Assembly (NCBI GenBank): GCA_016185755.1
Contig: JACPMX010000014.1
Span: 117,868 to 181,867, forward strand
Source of the DNA: Candidatus Woesearchaeota archaeon
GTDB lineage: Archaea > Nanobdellota > Nanobdellia > Woesearchaeales > GW2011-AR4
Reading direction: 5' to 3'
DNA length: 64,000 nt
The translations under genes were made by a program, and so were the position numbers. This document shows positions 17,455 through 27,049 of the stretch, piece by piece. The notes below the pieces were generated by a model that saw nothing but the letters and a program-made list of their open reading frames with translations, searched no databases and was not told the DNA's origin. Position 1 is the stretch's first letter, and every line of letters begins with the position of its first letter.

Positions 17455-18378
17455 ATGGTCGACATAAAAGTTGCAAGGCACGCAGGCTTCTGCTTTGGAG
17501 TGAAGAAAGCCATAGAGATTGCAGAGGAAGTGGCGCAAAGCAATCCTGAAAGCACATACGTGCTGGGCCAGCTTGTGCACAACGAGAAAGTCATAAAGAC
17601 GCTTGAAGGCAAGGGGATCATTTTTGTAGAGGATATTCATGAAATTCCGCAGAATGCAATAACTGTTTTAAGGGCCCATGGAGAGCCCGGAACAACTTAC
17701 GAAATTCTTGGGCAAAAGTCAATAACAAAAGGCAAAAACCTGAACGATGCGACATGCCCCCTTGTCACTTTGGTGCATAATGTTGCAATCAAACTGAAGA
17801 GCAATGGCTATGAAGTCATAATCTTCGGCAAGCACAACCATCCCGAGGCAATAGGCACAAGCTACCATCTCAGGGGAAATGGAACTTTCATTGTAGAGCA
17901 TGAGGATGACTACCGGCAGGTCATTGACCACATCAAAAACAATAATTTTGGAAAAATAGCAATAATCTCCCAGACAACAATGTCAGTTCTTGGATATAAA
18001 AAGCTGATTGAAAATATAAATTCTAATTTTGGCAATAAATTTATTGAAATCCCGCTTGCGCTGAAAAACCTTGATGTGAAGTACGGCTTTGTGGATACAA
18101 TCTGCAACCCCACAAAGCAGCGCCAATCCGATATTGACGAGCTTGCCGGTGACCGCGACATGATCATAGTCATTGGGGGCAAAAACTCAAGCAACTCAAA
18201 GGAGCTTTATGCAAAGGCAAAAGAATACGGGATAGACTCATATTTCATCCAGTCGGCAGAGCAGATCCAAAAAGAATGGCTTAATGGAAAGCAAAGGATT
18301 GGAGTGACAGCGGGAGCCTCAACTCCTGATTACCTGATTGATGAGGCTGTTGAAAGGATAAAAGAAATCACTCGCTGA
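17455..18378 (+). CDS. ispH: 4-hydroxy-3-methylbut-2-enyl diphosphate reductase (LytB)
   Basis: 307 aa; LytB family with conserved Cys near N-terminus, middle and C-terminus. Confidence 0.9.
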   Translation: MVDIKVARHAGFCFGVKKAIEIAEEVAQSNPESTYVLGQLVHNEKVIKTLEGKGIIFVEDIHEIPQNAITVLRAHGEPGTTYEILGQKSITKGKNLNDATCPLVTLVHNVAIKLKSNGYEVIIFGKHNHPEAIGTSYHLRGNGTFIVEHEDDYRQVIDHIKNNNFGKIAIISQTTMSVLGYKKLIENINSNFGNKFIEIPLALKNLDVKYGFVDTICNPTKQRQSDIDELAGDRDMIIVIGGKNSSNSKELYAKAKEYGIDSYFIQSAEQIQKEWLNGKQRIGVTAGASTPDYLIDEAVERIKEITR

Positions 18379-18823
18379 AGAATCCGGCAGTTTTTGTGTC
18401 GAACTTCCAGTCTTCTGATACTCTTCCGCTCCTTTTGTAGTATTTTGTAAGCCGGTTTATCTTTGACTCTGTAAGCATAAGGCCTCTTGCAGCAGTCTCG
18501 TCATGCCTGTTTGCCTCGATGTGCTTCATTATGGCTGCATACCTCCTGAACAACGCAACCAAATCCTCCGGTATCTCCGGCATAATCTTTTTTTCCTTCA
18601 GTATTGCGCTTATTGATTTGCCGCAAAGGGCGAGAACGCTCGGAATGCCATAGACATCCCTCAGCATGATGCCTATCTGTGAGTTGTTTTTGCCGTCTTT
18701 TGCAAGCTTCGCTATCAGAAGCTCGACTTCTTTTGCCTTGTACCTTATCCATGAAGGCGAGGTCTTCTTTGCAGGCTTCTTGGAGCCGTGCTTTCCCCTC
18801 TTCCTGGAGTGCATTCGTGCCAT
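18368..18823 (-). CDS. rps15: 30S ribosomal protein S15 (uS15/S13e)
   Basis: Real start MARMHSRKRGKHGS...; archaeal uS15. The supplied ORF extends upstream into the leader. Confidence 0.8.
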   Translation of the reverse strand: MARMHSRKRGKHGSKKPAKKTSPSWIRYKAKEVELLIAKLAKDGKNNSQIGIMLRDVYGIPSVLALCGKSISAILKEKKIMPEIPEDLVALFRRYAAIMKHIEANRHDETAARGLMLTESKINRLTKYYKRSGRVSEDWKFDTKTAGFFSE

Positions 18824-18854
18824 TTTTGTTATTTTATTTTGATTTTTATTTAAT

Positions 18855-18927
18855 TTCAATCTGTTGCTTCGCAACATTAATTTGTGCTCGGGCTCACTTT
18901 CCTGCCATATCGTTCGCCCTCGCCTAT
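18855..18927 (-). repeat. Interspersed ~70-nt hairpin element, copy 4 (in rps15 5' leader region)
   Basis: Reverse complement ATAGGCGAGGGCGAACGATATGGCAGGAAAGTGAGCCCGAGCACAAATTAATG-GTTGC GAA GCAAC-AGATTGAAATT; ends about 40 nt before the rps15 ATG. Confidence 0.6.
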
Positions 18928-19028
18928 ACATTAAAAACTGGAAGAACAAAGTTTGTCATCCAGCATAGCCAAGCTGTTATACCGGGCTATCTTTCAATTA
19001 AATGGAATATTGGATGATTTATAAATCT

Positions 19029-19319
19029 TTACTTTGCATCCTCAATTCGTATAATGTGGTAGCCGAACTGCGTCTTTACAGGACCTAGTATGGCTCCCTT
19101 GCTGCCGTTAAAGCATGCATTCTCAAACTCCCTGACCATTTGGCCTTTCCTGAACCATCCCAAATTCCCTCCTTTTTTCCGGGAAGGGCACAATGATTTT
19201 TCCATGGCCACATCTTCAAATTTCTTTCCATGGGTTACATCATAGAGCGCCACGTTGGCATCCTGCTCTGTCTTCAGCAGAATATGCGATGCATTCACTT
19301 GGCTTGGCATTTTTGACAT
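19029..19319 (-). CDS. Parvulin-type peptidyl-prolyl cis-trans isomerase (PpiC)
   Basis: 97 aa from MSKMPSQVNASHILL...GGNLGWFRKGQMV...GYHIIRIE. The supplied 150-aa ORF runs upstream through a tRNA gene and is over-extended. Confidence 0.75.
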   Translation of the reverse strand: MSKMPSQVNASHILLKTEQDANVALYDVTHGKKFEDVAMEKSLCPSRKKGGNLGWFRKGQMVREFENACFNGSKGAILGPVKTQFGYHIIRIEDAK

Positions 19320-19324
19320 TCCTC

Positions 19325-19355
19325 GGAACGATGAAAAATAGCCCCGGGCAGATTC
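19325..19355 (-). repeat. 31-bp direct repeat duplicating the 3' end plus trailer of tRNA-Gln
   Basis: ggaacgatgaaaaatagccccgggcagattc at 19325-19355 is identical to 19413-19443, which spans the tRNA-Gln T-arm/acceptor 3' strand and 14 nt of trailer. Confidence 0.7.
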
Positions 19356-19426
19356 CCACCAGCCTTTTAGGAAAAGCCTGGGGAAAACTATGCAATGTGG
19401 CATAAATGCCACGGAACGATGAAAAA

Positions 19427-19515
19427 TAGCCCCGGGCAGATTCGAACTGCCGTCAGAGCCTTTCCATTGCACTGCAACCAAAGGGCCCTATGCTTGACCG
19501 CTACACCACGGGGCT
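19427..19515 (-). tRNA. tRNA-Gln(UUG) with 16-nt canonical (37/38) intron
   Basis: Minus-strand acceptor AGCCCCG/CGGGGCT; anticodon stem-loop GGGCC-CUUUGG[intron TTGCAGTGCAATGGAA]A-GGCTC; T arm GGCAG-TTCGAAT-CTGCC; discriminator A. Confidence 0.6.
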
Positions 19516-19610
19516 GCATTCAGGGAATTCCCTGTTTTGTATATAAAAGTTGTTGTTGAAGTAAATAAAAAAATTAATAAATAACACCCAACCCCAAAAA
19601 TGGGATTAAT

Positions 19611-20168
19611 TTGGATAAGCTTTTTTTGATTGGTTCTGGTGCCAGGATAATGAATGCAAGCCCACAGGAGCTCGCAGTAAAAGTTGAAGAAAATTTCGGC
19701 AGAAAGGCAGGATTCTCAGGACCAATAAACCCCTATGGCAACGGGTTTGTGAATGGCAATCCATACGTCTATGCCATAAATCATAAAAGGTTTAAGGCAT
19801 CGGTCAGGGTATATCCTGATTCAGGTCCAAGTAATGGAAATCAGCATTCAAGGTATTGTGGAGTTTATGTAAGCAGCGGCGACGAAGGCAGGAATCTAAG
19901 GATTTTATATGCAATTGCTGATGCCTTGCTATTTGATGATTTATACAGGACATTTGGTGAAGGAGTTATGGTCAGGCCCTTAACTGATGATTCTTTTCCA
20001 GAAGCATATATTTTAAATGGCGGAAGCTCTAATGGACAATTTCCAAATAATGCTGTGCCCTTAGGCGTATTTGCAGCTTCCCTGGAAGATATTGCAAGAT
20101 TCCATAAATTTATAAGAGAAGGAAGAACCAATTCTACTTCCAAACCCCCAATCCCTCTTCCTCCATGA
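19611..20168 (+). CDS. Hypothetical G/N/P-rich protein
   Basis: 185 aa, no recognisable domain; 3' end overlaps the convergent dph5 by 35 nt. Confidence 0.35.
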   Translation: MDKLFLIGSGARIMNASPQELAVKVEENFGRKAGFSGPINPYGNGFVNGNPYVYAINHKRFKASVRVYPDSGPSNGNQHSRYCGVYVSSGDEGRNLRILYAIADALLFDDLYRTFGEGVMVRPLTDDSFPEAYILNGGSSNGQFPNNAVPLGVFAASLEDIARFHKFIREGRTNSTSKPPIPLPP

Positions 20169-20886
20169 AATGCATCTTGCCAGGAACAATCAGGCAATGA
20201 ACCGGCTTGCCAAAATCAAATTTCAATAAATCCTTTGCAGCACCTGCCTTTATAATCTGATTTTCACTTCCAATCCTCGCGCATCCAACACAAATTGTTT
20301 TTTCAGAAAAAGCCCTTTCATTTCTCTTCAGTTCAGCTTTGAGCAAATACCTTATAGCATCATTAACCGACAAAAATTTTTCTTCATCTGGATTCAAATC
20401 CAGCAAAAACAATGTGTGCAGCCCAAGGCTTGAATTATCTTTCAAAACATCATATGGGGCTTCAATATTCTCATTTTCCAGCGGAATGCTTGTTGTCTTG
20501 CCGAATTTATATACTTGCAGCCCAGTAGCTCCAACAGCGGAAATTATGGATGAATTATGGATAATATAGCATTTTACGCCTTCCTTTTTGGCCCGCAAGA
20601 ACAAGTCTATGTGTGTTGTCGCAGCCAATGGATCCCCGGCAACAAGGAAAGCCACATTTCTTGCCTTTGCATTTTCAATGATTTCATTGTCATCAGCTTC
20701 AACAAGGCTTCTCCTTGCCAAAGTAATCTTTTTGCCGTAAAACTTCTCCAAAGCCTCTTTTGAGCAGTTCAAAACAGAAGTATAGTTTTCCAGATAGACA
20801 ACATCGCATTTTTTAACAGCTTCAAGCCCATTGACTGTGATGTCTTTCTCATTTCCAAGGCCCAAACCGATGAAGTAGAGTGGCAT
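20134..20886 (-). CDS. dph5: Diphthine synthase (diphthamide biosynthesis methyltransferase)
   Basis: 250 aa; MPLYFIGLGLG start; tetrapyrrole-methylase fold typical of DphB. Confidence 0.85.
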   Translation of the reverse strand: MPLYFIGLGLGNEKDITVNGLEAVKKCDVVYLENYTSVLNCSKEALEKFYGKKITLARRSLVEADDNEIIENAKARNVAFLVAGDPLAATTHIDLFLRAKKEGVKCYIIHNSSIISAVGATGLQVYKFGKTTSIPLENENIEAPYDVLKDNSSLGLHTLFLLDLNPDEEKFLSVNDAIRYLLKAELKRNERAFSEKTICVGCARIGSENQIIKAGAAKDLLKFDFGKPVHCLIVPGKMHFMEEEGLGVWK

Positions 20887-20890
20887 TTGT

Positions 20891-21223
20891 TTACCCCAAT
20901 TCTGGAAAATTCACCCCATATTTAGATGGAAAGCATTGAACTCCCATCATGTACGGGAATCCTTCAGTGTTGCTAAAATAATCTTCAAGATTTCCAGGAC
21001 CCAAGACTCTTTCAACAACCTGTCCGCTAGAATCAAATTCTTTTTTAAGCAGTTCGCCAGTCGCGTTTCTCATGCCAGCTATCCATCTGACTTGGGCTTT
21101 TACTACATGTTCAATACCATCTTCTTTCAGTTTTATGGTTACTTCCTTACCGACTGGCACTTCTACATTAACCTTCAAAGACAAACCAGTCAAAACTGAA
21201 GGATCAAAAGGGATTTTTGACAT
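20891..21223 (-). CDS. Hypothetical protein co-oriented with dph5
   Basis: 110 aa; ends 5 nt before dph5 start. Confidence 0.35.
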   Translation of the reverse strand: MSKIPFDPSVLTGLSLKVNVEVPVGKEVTIKLKEDGIEHVVKAQVRWIAGMRNATGELLKKEFDSSGQVVERVLGPGNLEDYFSNTEGFPYMMGVQCFPSKYGVNFPELG

Positions 21224-21614
21224 ATGTTATAGCAATTCAATATACTTTAAAAACTAATTGTAATTTTAAACTGTTTTCCTTTATAAACTATATAAGCTAA
21301 CCTATATTTTTAAATCAAGAAATCTTTATAAATACCTTTACTCATTAAATTAAAATTAAGAAAAGATTAATTATGAGTTTTTTTGGCGAAAAACTCATCT
21401 AAAGCAGCTTTTTTGGCGAAAAGCGGCTTGAAATCGTCTTGTTTTGGAAATTCTAGTTTTTTTGTACGCAAAAAACTATAAAACGGTATCAAATCAACCT
21501 GTTGGCACAAGCTAATTCTAAAAGGGTAACTGAAGAAGAGCAATATAAACATTTCGGTAATCGAAAATTTATATTGTAAAATATAAATGAGCCACAAAGC
21601 TGGGGAGAAGGGGA

Positions 21615-22673
21615 GTGAAAATGGATTTTGTAGCTGAAAGTGCAAACGCAGACGTTGGATTGGTTGGACAGGCAAACATAAAGGTTATAGGGTGCGGCGG
21701 AGCCGGCAACAACATGGTTGGCTGGCTTTACAAGAAAGGCATCAAGGGCGCTGAAATAATAGCATGCAACACAGACAAGCAGCATCTTGGAATAATTGAT
21801 GCTGACAGAAAATTCTTGATTGGAAAAGGCATCACAAGAGGACTTGGCTGCGGAGGCTTTCCTGAAAAGGGCGCAGAGGCAGCAAAGGAATCTCTAAACG
21901 AGCTTAAAGAATCCCTCAAAGGCGCTGACATGGTTTTTATATGCGCTGGCATGGGCGGCGGAACAGGAACAGGCTCTGCTCCGGTTGTTGCCCATCTTGC
22001 AAAAGACATAGGTGCAATCGTAATCGGCACAGTCACGATGCCATTCAAGATTGAAAGGGCCCGTGTTGACAAGGCTGAATTTGGCCTGCAGCAGCTTAGG
22101 CAGACAAGCGACACAGTCATAGTGATTGACAATAACCGCTTGGTTCAGATTGCAGGAAACCTGCCGATACAGCAGGCTTTTGCAGTGGCAAACGAGCTTG
22201 TTGCAACAATGATAAAAGGCATTGTCGAGACAATCGCAGTCCCATCATTGGTCAACCTGGATTATGCTGATGTAAAAGCAATAATGCAGAATGGAGGGGT
22301 TGCAGTCATTGGAGTAGGCTCAAGCGACACAAACAGCAGGGTAGAAGAGGCTGCAAAAGGAGCATTAAGCAACCCTCTGCTTGAAGTTGACTATCACGGC
22401 GCAACAGGCGCCTTGATCCATATTGTCGGGGGGCCTGACATGACGCTTGACGACATCAACAAGGTCGGTGAATTAGTCACAGAAAGCCTTGACCAGGATG
22501 CAAACGTAATCTGGGGCGCAAGAGTTGTTGATGACATGAAAGGCCGCATCACAGTCATGACCATCATCACAGGGGTCAAGAGCCCCTGGGTGCTAGGCAA
22601 AGTCGACCATTCAAGGCCCTCTGCAGATGCAGTCGCTGTTTCACATGAGCTAGGAATAGAGCTGGTGAACTAG
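21615..22673 (+). CDS. ftsZ: Cell division GTPase FtsZ
   Basis: 352 aa; GCGGAGNN and GMGGGTGTG tubulin signature motifs. Confidence 0.9.
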   Translation: MKMDFVAESANADVGLVGQANIKVIGCGGAGNNMVGWLYKKGIKGAEIIACNTDKQHLGIIDADRKFLIGKGITRGLGCGGFPEKGAEAAKESLNELKESLKGADMVFICAGMGGGTGTGSAPVVAHLAKDIGAIVIGTVTMPFKIERARVDKAEFGLQQLRQTSDTVIVIDNNRLVQIAGNLPIQQAFAVANELVATMIKGIVETIAVPSLVNLDYADVKAIMQNGGVAVIGVGSSDTNSRVEEAAKGALSNPLLEVDYHGATGALIHIVGGPDMTLDDINKVGELVTESLDQDANVIWGARVVDDMKGRITVMTIITGVKSPWVLGKVDHSRPSADAVAVSHELGIELVN

Positions 22674-22829
22674 GCAAAACTCACAATCACCCCTTTAGTC
22701 TTTGTGGTGAGATTGTTTCTTTGCCTTCATTAGAAAACCACCCCCAACGTTTTTCATTATGAAGGCAAGCGGTGGCTCAGCAATGAGCCACATTTTTTTA
22801 TTTTGAAATAGTTAGAAATCTACGAATTT

Positions 22830-22900
22830 TTCAATCCGTCGCTTCGCGACATAATCTTGTGCTCAGCAAAATTGATTTCCACTAATTTTGCCTCGCCTAT
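22830..22900 (-). repeat. Interspersed ~70-nt hairpin element, copy 5
   Basis: Reverse complement ATAGGCGAGGCAAAATTAGTGGAAATCAATTTTGCTGAGCACAAGATTATG-GTCGC GAA GCGAC-GGATTGAAAAATT; lies between the convergent ftsZ and nitroreductase genes. Confidence 0.6.
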
Positions 22901-23010
22901 TGATTCAATAAAAATATAAAAAGCGGATTACTTTCTTCTCGTTCCACATCCAAAAGTCGCTTGCCGGAAGTTTTTGAAAATGTTATTCGTATTGAACTTA
23001 GAATTGGATT

Positions 23011-23700
23011 TTACTTCTTCCTGAGCTTCTCCTTGACCTTTTCAGCAAGTTTCTTGCCGTGCTTCTTGATGTGGGCATGGGTTCTTTTTACAGCGCTTTC
23101 AATGTAAGGGCTCCAGTAGCCAAGCCCTGTCTTCGGCCCTTCAATCCTGCCCCACCACTTCTCGAAGAACATGACATGCTCTATCCTGTATTTTGGGGGC
23201 GGTGTCGGAGTTTCGTCAGCATAGCCTATGGTTATAATGCCCTGCACGTTGACATGCTCAGGCAGGCTGCAAAGCCTTCTTATCTCTTCCTCGTCAAAAG
23301 CCCCTACCCAGCAGCTTCCAAGCCCAAGGGAATGCGCTGTCAGAAGCATGTTTTCAATTGCAGCAGCCGCACCCTGTATGGTGTAAAGCCTTGTGCCTCT
23401 TGTCCCGTAATATCTTTCAGCTTTTTCAGGCTCGCCCACCACAACAATATGTATCGGGGCATCCTGCATCCAGTACTGCTGCACGCACGCCTCTGCAATG
23501 GCTTTTCTCTTGGCATCATTCTTTACGACAATGAACTTTATATTGAAAATATTGCCGGCAAAAGGCGCGTACTTTCCGGCCTGGAGAATCTCGACAACAT
23601 TGTCCCAGGGTATGTCCTGCTCCTTGTATTTCCTTATCGACCTTCTTGTCCTGATGCAGTCAAAAACCCCCATGTGCCTGCGCTCAGCATGATGTGCCAT
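23011..23700 (-). CDS. Nitroreductase-family protein
   Basis: 229 aa; RRSIRKY motif and nitroreductase fold. Confidence 0.75.
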   Translation of the reverse strand: MAHHAERRHMGVFDCIRTRRSIRKYKEQDIPWDNVVEILQAGKYAPFAGNIFNIKFIVVKNDAKRKAIAEACVQQYWMQDAPIHIVVVGEPEKAERYYGTRGTRLYTIQGAAAAIENMLLTAHSLGLGSCWVGAFDEEEIRRLCSLPEHVNVQGIITIGYADETPTPPPKYRIEHVMFFEKWWGRIEGPKTGLGYWSPYIESAVKRTHAHIKKHGKKLAEKVKEKLRKK

Positions 23701-23778
23701 GCAGATGCCTTGGAAAAGGGTATTTAAATAGTTAACTGATTGATAAAATTAATATACACTCAGGTAAAACAAACTCTT

Positions 23779-25539
23779 ATGGAATATTCAAAACTTGTAG
23801 AGGTTTACGAGCAGCTTAACAAGACAACCAAAAGGCTGGAAAAAACCAGCATTATTTCTGAATTTTTGAAGGAAATAAGTGCAGACGAGACTGAGCATGT
23901 CATGCTGCTTCTTGAAGGAAGGGTTTTTCCAAGCTATGATGCAAGGGATATAGGGATTGCCGCAAGAACAATGCTCAAGGCGCTAAGCGCGGCAACCGGA
24001 ATAAGCGGAGATAAAATAGAAAATGAATGGAAAAGGCAGGGTGATCTGGGCCTGGTTGCAGAAATCATTGTCAAGACAAAAAAGCAGTCGACTTTGCATT
24101 CGGCAAAATTAAGCGTAAAAAAGGTTTTTGAAAATATAAGGAAGCTGGCAGAGCTTGAAGGTGAAGGCACTGTCGAGAGAAAAGTGCAGCTGATAGCAGA
24201 GCTTCTTACCTCAGCAAAGCCCGCTGAGTCAAAATACATTGTAAAGACAATCCTTGGCGAGATGCGGATTGGAGTTGGCGAAGGCGCGATGCGCGATGCC
24301 ATAGTATGGGCGTTCTTCGGGGACAAGATAGGCATCAAATATGTGAAAGAGGGAAACGATGTCCAGATAGAGGATAGGGAAACTTACGCAAAATACGCGG
24401 ATGCAGTCCAGTCCGCTTACGATGTGACAAATGAATTTGCCTTGGCTGCAAAGGCTGCCAAATCAAGAGGGCTTGACGGCCTAGGCAATATTGAAATGAA
24501 AGCCGGCATTCCAATCAAGGTTATGCTTTCTTTGAAGGTTGACACAATTGAGGATGGCTTTGAGACTGTGGGAAAGCCTGCAGCTGTTGAGTTCAAGTAT
24601 GACGGCTTCAGGATACAGGCGCACAAGGATGAAAAAGGGAACATAAAATTGTTCACAAGAAGGCTTGAAAATGTCACAAACCAGTTTCCGGATGTTGTCG
24701 AATTCATAAGAAATAATGTCAGGGGAAAAAGCTTTATCATAGATTCCGAGGCAGTCGGCTATGACAGGAAAACAGGAAAATACCTTCCGTTCCAGAGCAT
24801 ATCCCAAAGGATAAAGAGAAAATATGACATTGAGAAAATTGCAGCTGATTTTCCTGTTGAAGTCAATGTTTTTGATGTGATATACCATGATGGCAAGACG
24901 TTAATTAATGAAGAATTCCAGAGCAGGAGAAAGCTGCTTGAAAAGATAATAAGGCAGGAGCGTAAAAAGATAGTCATTTCAAAATTCCTAAAAACATCTG
25001 ACAAGAAGCATGTTGAAGATTTCTTCAAAGAGGCTTTTGAGGCAGGAAATGAAGGCCTGATGTTCAAGGCATTAAATGCCCCTTACAAGCCAGGCGCAAG
25101 GGTTGGGCACATGGTCAAGTTCAAGACAATGATGGAAACGCTTGATTTGGTCATTACAGGCGCGGAATGGGGCGAGGGCAAAAGGTCAAAATGGCTGAGC
25201 AGCTACCAGATAGCGTGCATTGATGAAGACGGAAATTTCCTTGAAATCGGCAGGGCAAGCACTGGGCTGAAGGAAAAAGAAAAAGAAGGGTTAAGCTTCA
25301 TGGAACTGACAAAATTGCTGAAGCCGCTGATTATTTCTGAGAAAGGAAAAGAAGCAAAGGTCAAGCCCAAGCTTGTGATTGAAGTCGGCTACGAGGAAAT
25401 ACAGAAATCACCGACTTACACTTCAGGATTTGCGCTCAGATTTCCGAGAATAATCAAGATAAGGGAGGACAAAGGCCCGGATGAGGCTTCTCCGATTGAT
25501 TATGTCAAAAAATTATATGCCGGGCAGAAGAAGATTTAG
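23779..25539 (+). CDS. lig: ATP-dependent DNA ligase
   Basis: Starts MEYSKLVEVYEQL; KYDGFR adenylation lysine motif; OB and DBD domains. The supplied ORF starts with TTG 39 nt upstream. Confidence 0.85.
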   Translation: MEYSKLVEVYEQLNKTTKRLEKTSIISEFLKEISADETEHVMLLLEGRVFPSYDARDIGIAARTMLKALSAATGISGDKIENEWKRQGDLGLVAEIIVKTKKQSTLHSAKLSVKKVFENIRKLAELEGEGTVERKVQLIAELLTSAKPAESKYIVKTILGEMRIGVGEGAMRDAIVWAFFGDKIGIKYVKEGNDVQIEDRETYAKYADAVQSAYDVTNEFALAAKAAKSRGLDGLGNIEMKAGIPIKVMLSLKVDTIEDGFETVGKPAAVEFKYDGFRIQAHKDEKGNIKLFTRRLENVTNQFPDVVEFIRNNVRGKSFIIDSEAVGYDRKTGKYLPFQSISQRIKRKYDIEKIAADFPVEVNVFDVIYHDGKTLINEEFQSRRKLLEKIIRQERKKIVISKFLKTSDKKHVEDFFKEAFEAGNEGLMFKALNAPYKPGARVGHMVKFKTMMETLDLVITGAEWGEGKRSKWLSSYQIACIDEDGNFLEIGRASTGLKEKEKEGLSFMELTKLLKPLIISEKGKEAKVKPKLVIEVGYEEIQKSPTYTSGFALRFPRIIKIREDKGPDEASPIDYVKKLYAGQKKI

Positions 25540-25580
25540 TTTCAATAACTTTAAATACAGAGTATTAATACATTCTACAA

Positions 25581-26009
25581 ATGATAGTCGGCTTTGGATT
25601 CACAAAACTGAGCGCTGAAAGGAAGGAAGCGGCAAAAGGCAAGATAGACATAAACAACAATGTCACGATAAAGAATGTTGAGGAGTCGGACCTGGCTTTA
25701 GGAAAGGACAAGCAGAATGTCCTGAGATTTTTGTTCGAGTTCACCTCAAAATACGAGCCTTCTGTGGGAACAATACTCTTTGAAGGCGAGCTTCTCTTTC
25801 TTGAAGAGCCTAAGAAGGCAAAGGAAATCCTTAGCAGCTGGAAAAAGGACAAGAAAATCCCCAAAGAGCTCATGGCAGGCTTGCTGAACACAATCCTCAA
25901 CAAATGCAATGTGCAGGCCTTGATTTTGAGCCAGGAAATAAATTTGCCGTCTCCCATACCCCTGCCGAAAGTGCAGATGCAGGCTCCTGACAAGAACTAT
26001 ATTGGATGA
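25581..26009 (+). CDS. Hypothetical protein
   Basis: 142 aa, no confident assignment. Confidence 0.35.
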   Translation: MIVGFGFTKLSAERKEAAKGKIDINNNVTIKNVEESDLALGKDKQNVLRFLFEFTSKYEPSVGTILFEGELLFLEEPKKAKEILSSWKKDKKIPKELMAGLLNTILNKCNVQALILSQEINLPSPIPLPKVQMQAPDKNYIG

Positions 26010-26122
26010 TTCTTTGGCTTTTGGCTGTAAATAATGGCATTATGGTCCTAGATAGCTTTATAAATTTTAAAAAGTAACGATATAGCATGAAAACAGAATC
26101 CCGGAGAGCCTGATGATGAAAA

Positions 26123-27013
26123 ATGGCAAAACAAAAAATATCACCTTGTTTGTGGTTTGATGATAATGCAGAAGAAGCTGCTAAGTTTTACACTTCTATT
26201 TTCCCAAATTCAAAAATCCTTGAAGTTGTCCCTTACACTGTTGAAACCCCTTCAAACAAGCCAATAGGAAGTGTCATGACAGTTTATTTTGAGCTTGATG
26301 GCCACAGTTTTTTGGGGCTGAACGGAGGGGATTTCTTCAAACTCAACCCATCCATATCTTTTTTGGTTGTCTCTAAGTCCAAGAATGAAGTGGATGAGCT
26401 ATGGGTAAAGCTTTCAGAGGGAGGGAAAGTGCTCATGGAAATTGGAGAATATCCTTTCAGCCAAAGATTCGGCTGGACTGCCGATAAATTCGGGCTTTCA
26501 TGGCAGATTATGCTTGCTGATGACCATTACCCCTTTAAGCACAAGATAACTCCAACATTGATGTTTGTGGGCAAAGTATGCGGAAAGGCGGAAGAGGCAA
26601 TGAAGTTTTATGCCTCCATATTCCCAGATAGCAGGGTAGGCGATATTGCCAGATACCCAAAAGGGACGGAGCCCGAAAAAGAAGGAACAGTTATGCACGG
26701 GGCAGTCATTTTGGGCGGACAGGAATTTTTCGCGATGGACAGCGCCCGTGAACATAATTTTACTTTCAACGAAGCAGTTTCATTAATGATAACTTGTTCT
26801 GGCCAGGAGGAAATCGATTACTTTTATGATAAACTATCTGCTCAGCCTAAAGCGGAAATGTGCGGCTGGCTCAAGGATAAATATGGGGTCTCATGGCAGC
26901 TTATAACTCCCGACTTTGTAAAGTTAGACAAAAATAAAAAAGTCATGGAAGCCATTTTGAAAATGAAAAGGCTTGATTTGGCAAAATTAAGGGAAGCATA
27001 CAAAGGGAAATAA
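26123..27013 (+). CDS. VOC-superfamily protein with two tandem PhnB/3-demethylubiquinone-methyltransferase-like domains
   Basis: 296 aa; repeated CLWFDDNAEEAAKFY... / LMFVGKVCGKAEEAMKFY... modules. Confidence 0.65.
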   Translation: MAKQKISPCLWFDDNAEEAAKFYTSIFPNSKILEVVPYTVETPSNKPIGSVMTVYFELDGHSFLGLNGGDFFKLNPSISFLVVSKSKNEVDELWVKLSEGGKVLMEIGEYPFSQRFGWTADKFGLSWQIMLADDHYPFKHKITPTLMFVGKVCGKAEEAMKFYASIFPDSRVGDIARYPKGTEPEKEGTVMHGAVILGGQEFFAMDSAREHNFTFNEAVSLMITCSGQEEIDYFYDKLSAQPKAEMCGWLKDKYGVSWQLITPDFVKLDKNKKVMEAILKMKRLDLAKLREAYKGK

Positions 27014-27049
27014 TTTGCGCCATAGAAAAGCCTGAAATTAATAAAAACA

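Noticed and set aside
19029-19481. 150-aa minus-strand ORF as given in the track
   Set aside because: Its N-terminal 54 codons run through tRNA-Gln and the duplicated tRNA 3'-end repeat. The real gene is the 97-aa parvulin starting at 19319.
21300-21615. Repeated TTTTTTGGCGAAAA motif and overlapping minus-strand ORFs upstream of ftsZ
   Set aside because: The ORFs are low-complexity and overlap each other in an AT-rich promoter region. The repeats form a simple hairpin (GAGTTTTTTTGGCGAAAAACTC) more consistent with a terminator or promoter spacer than with a gene.
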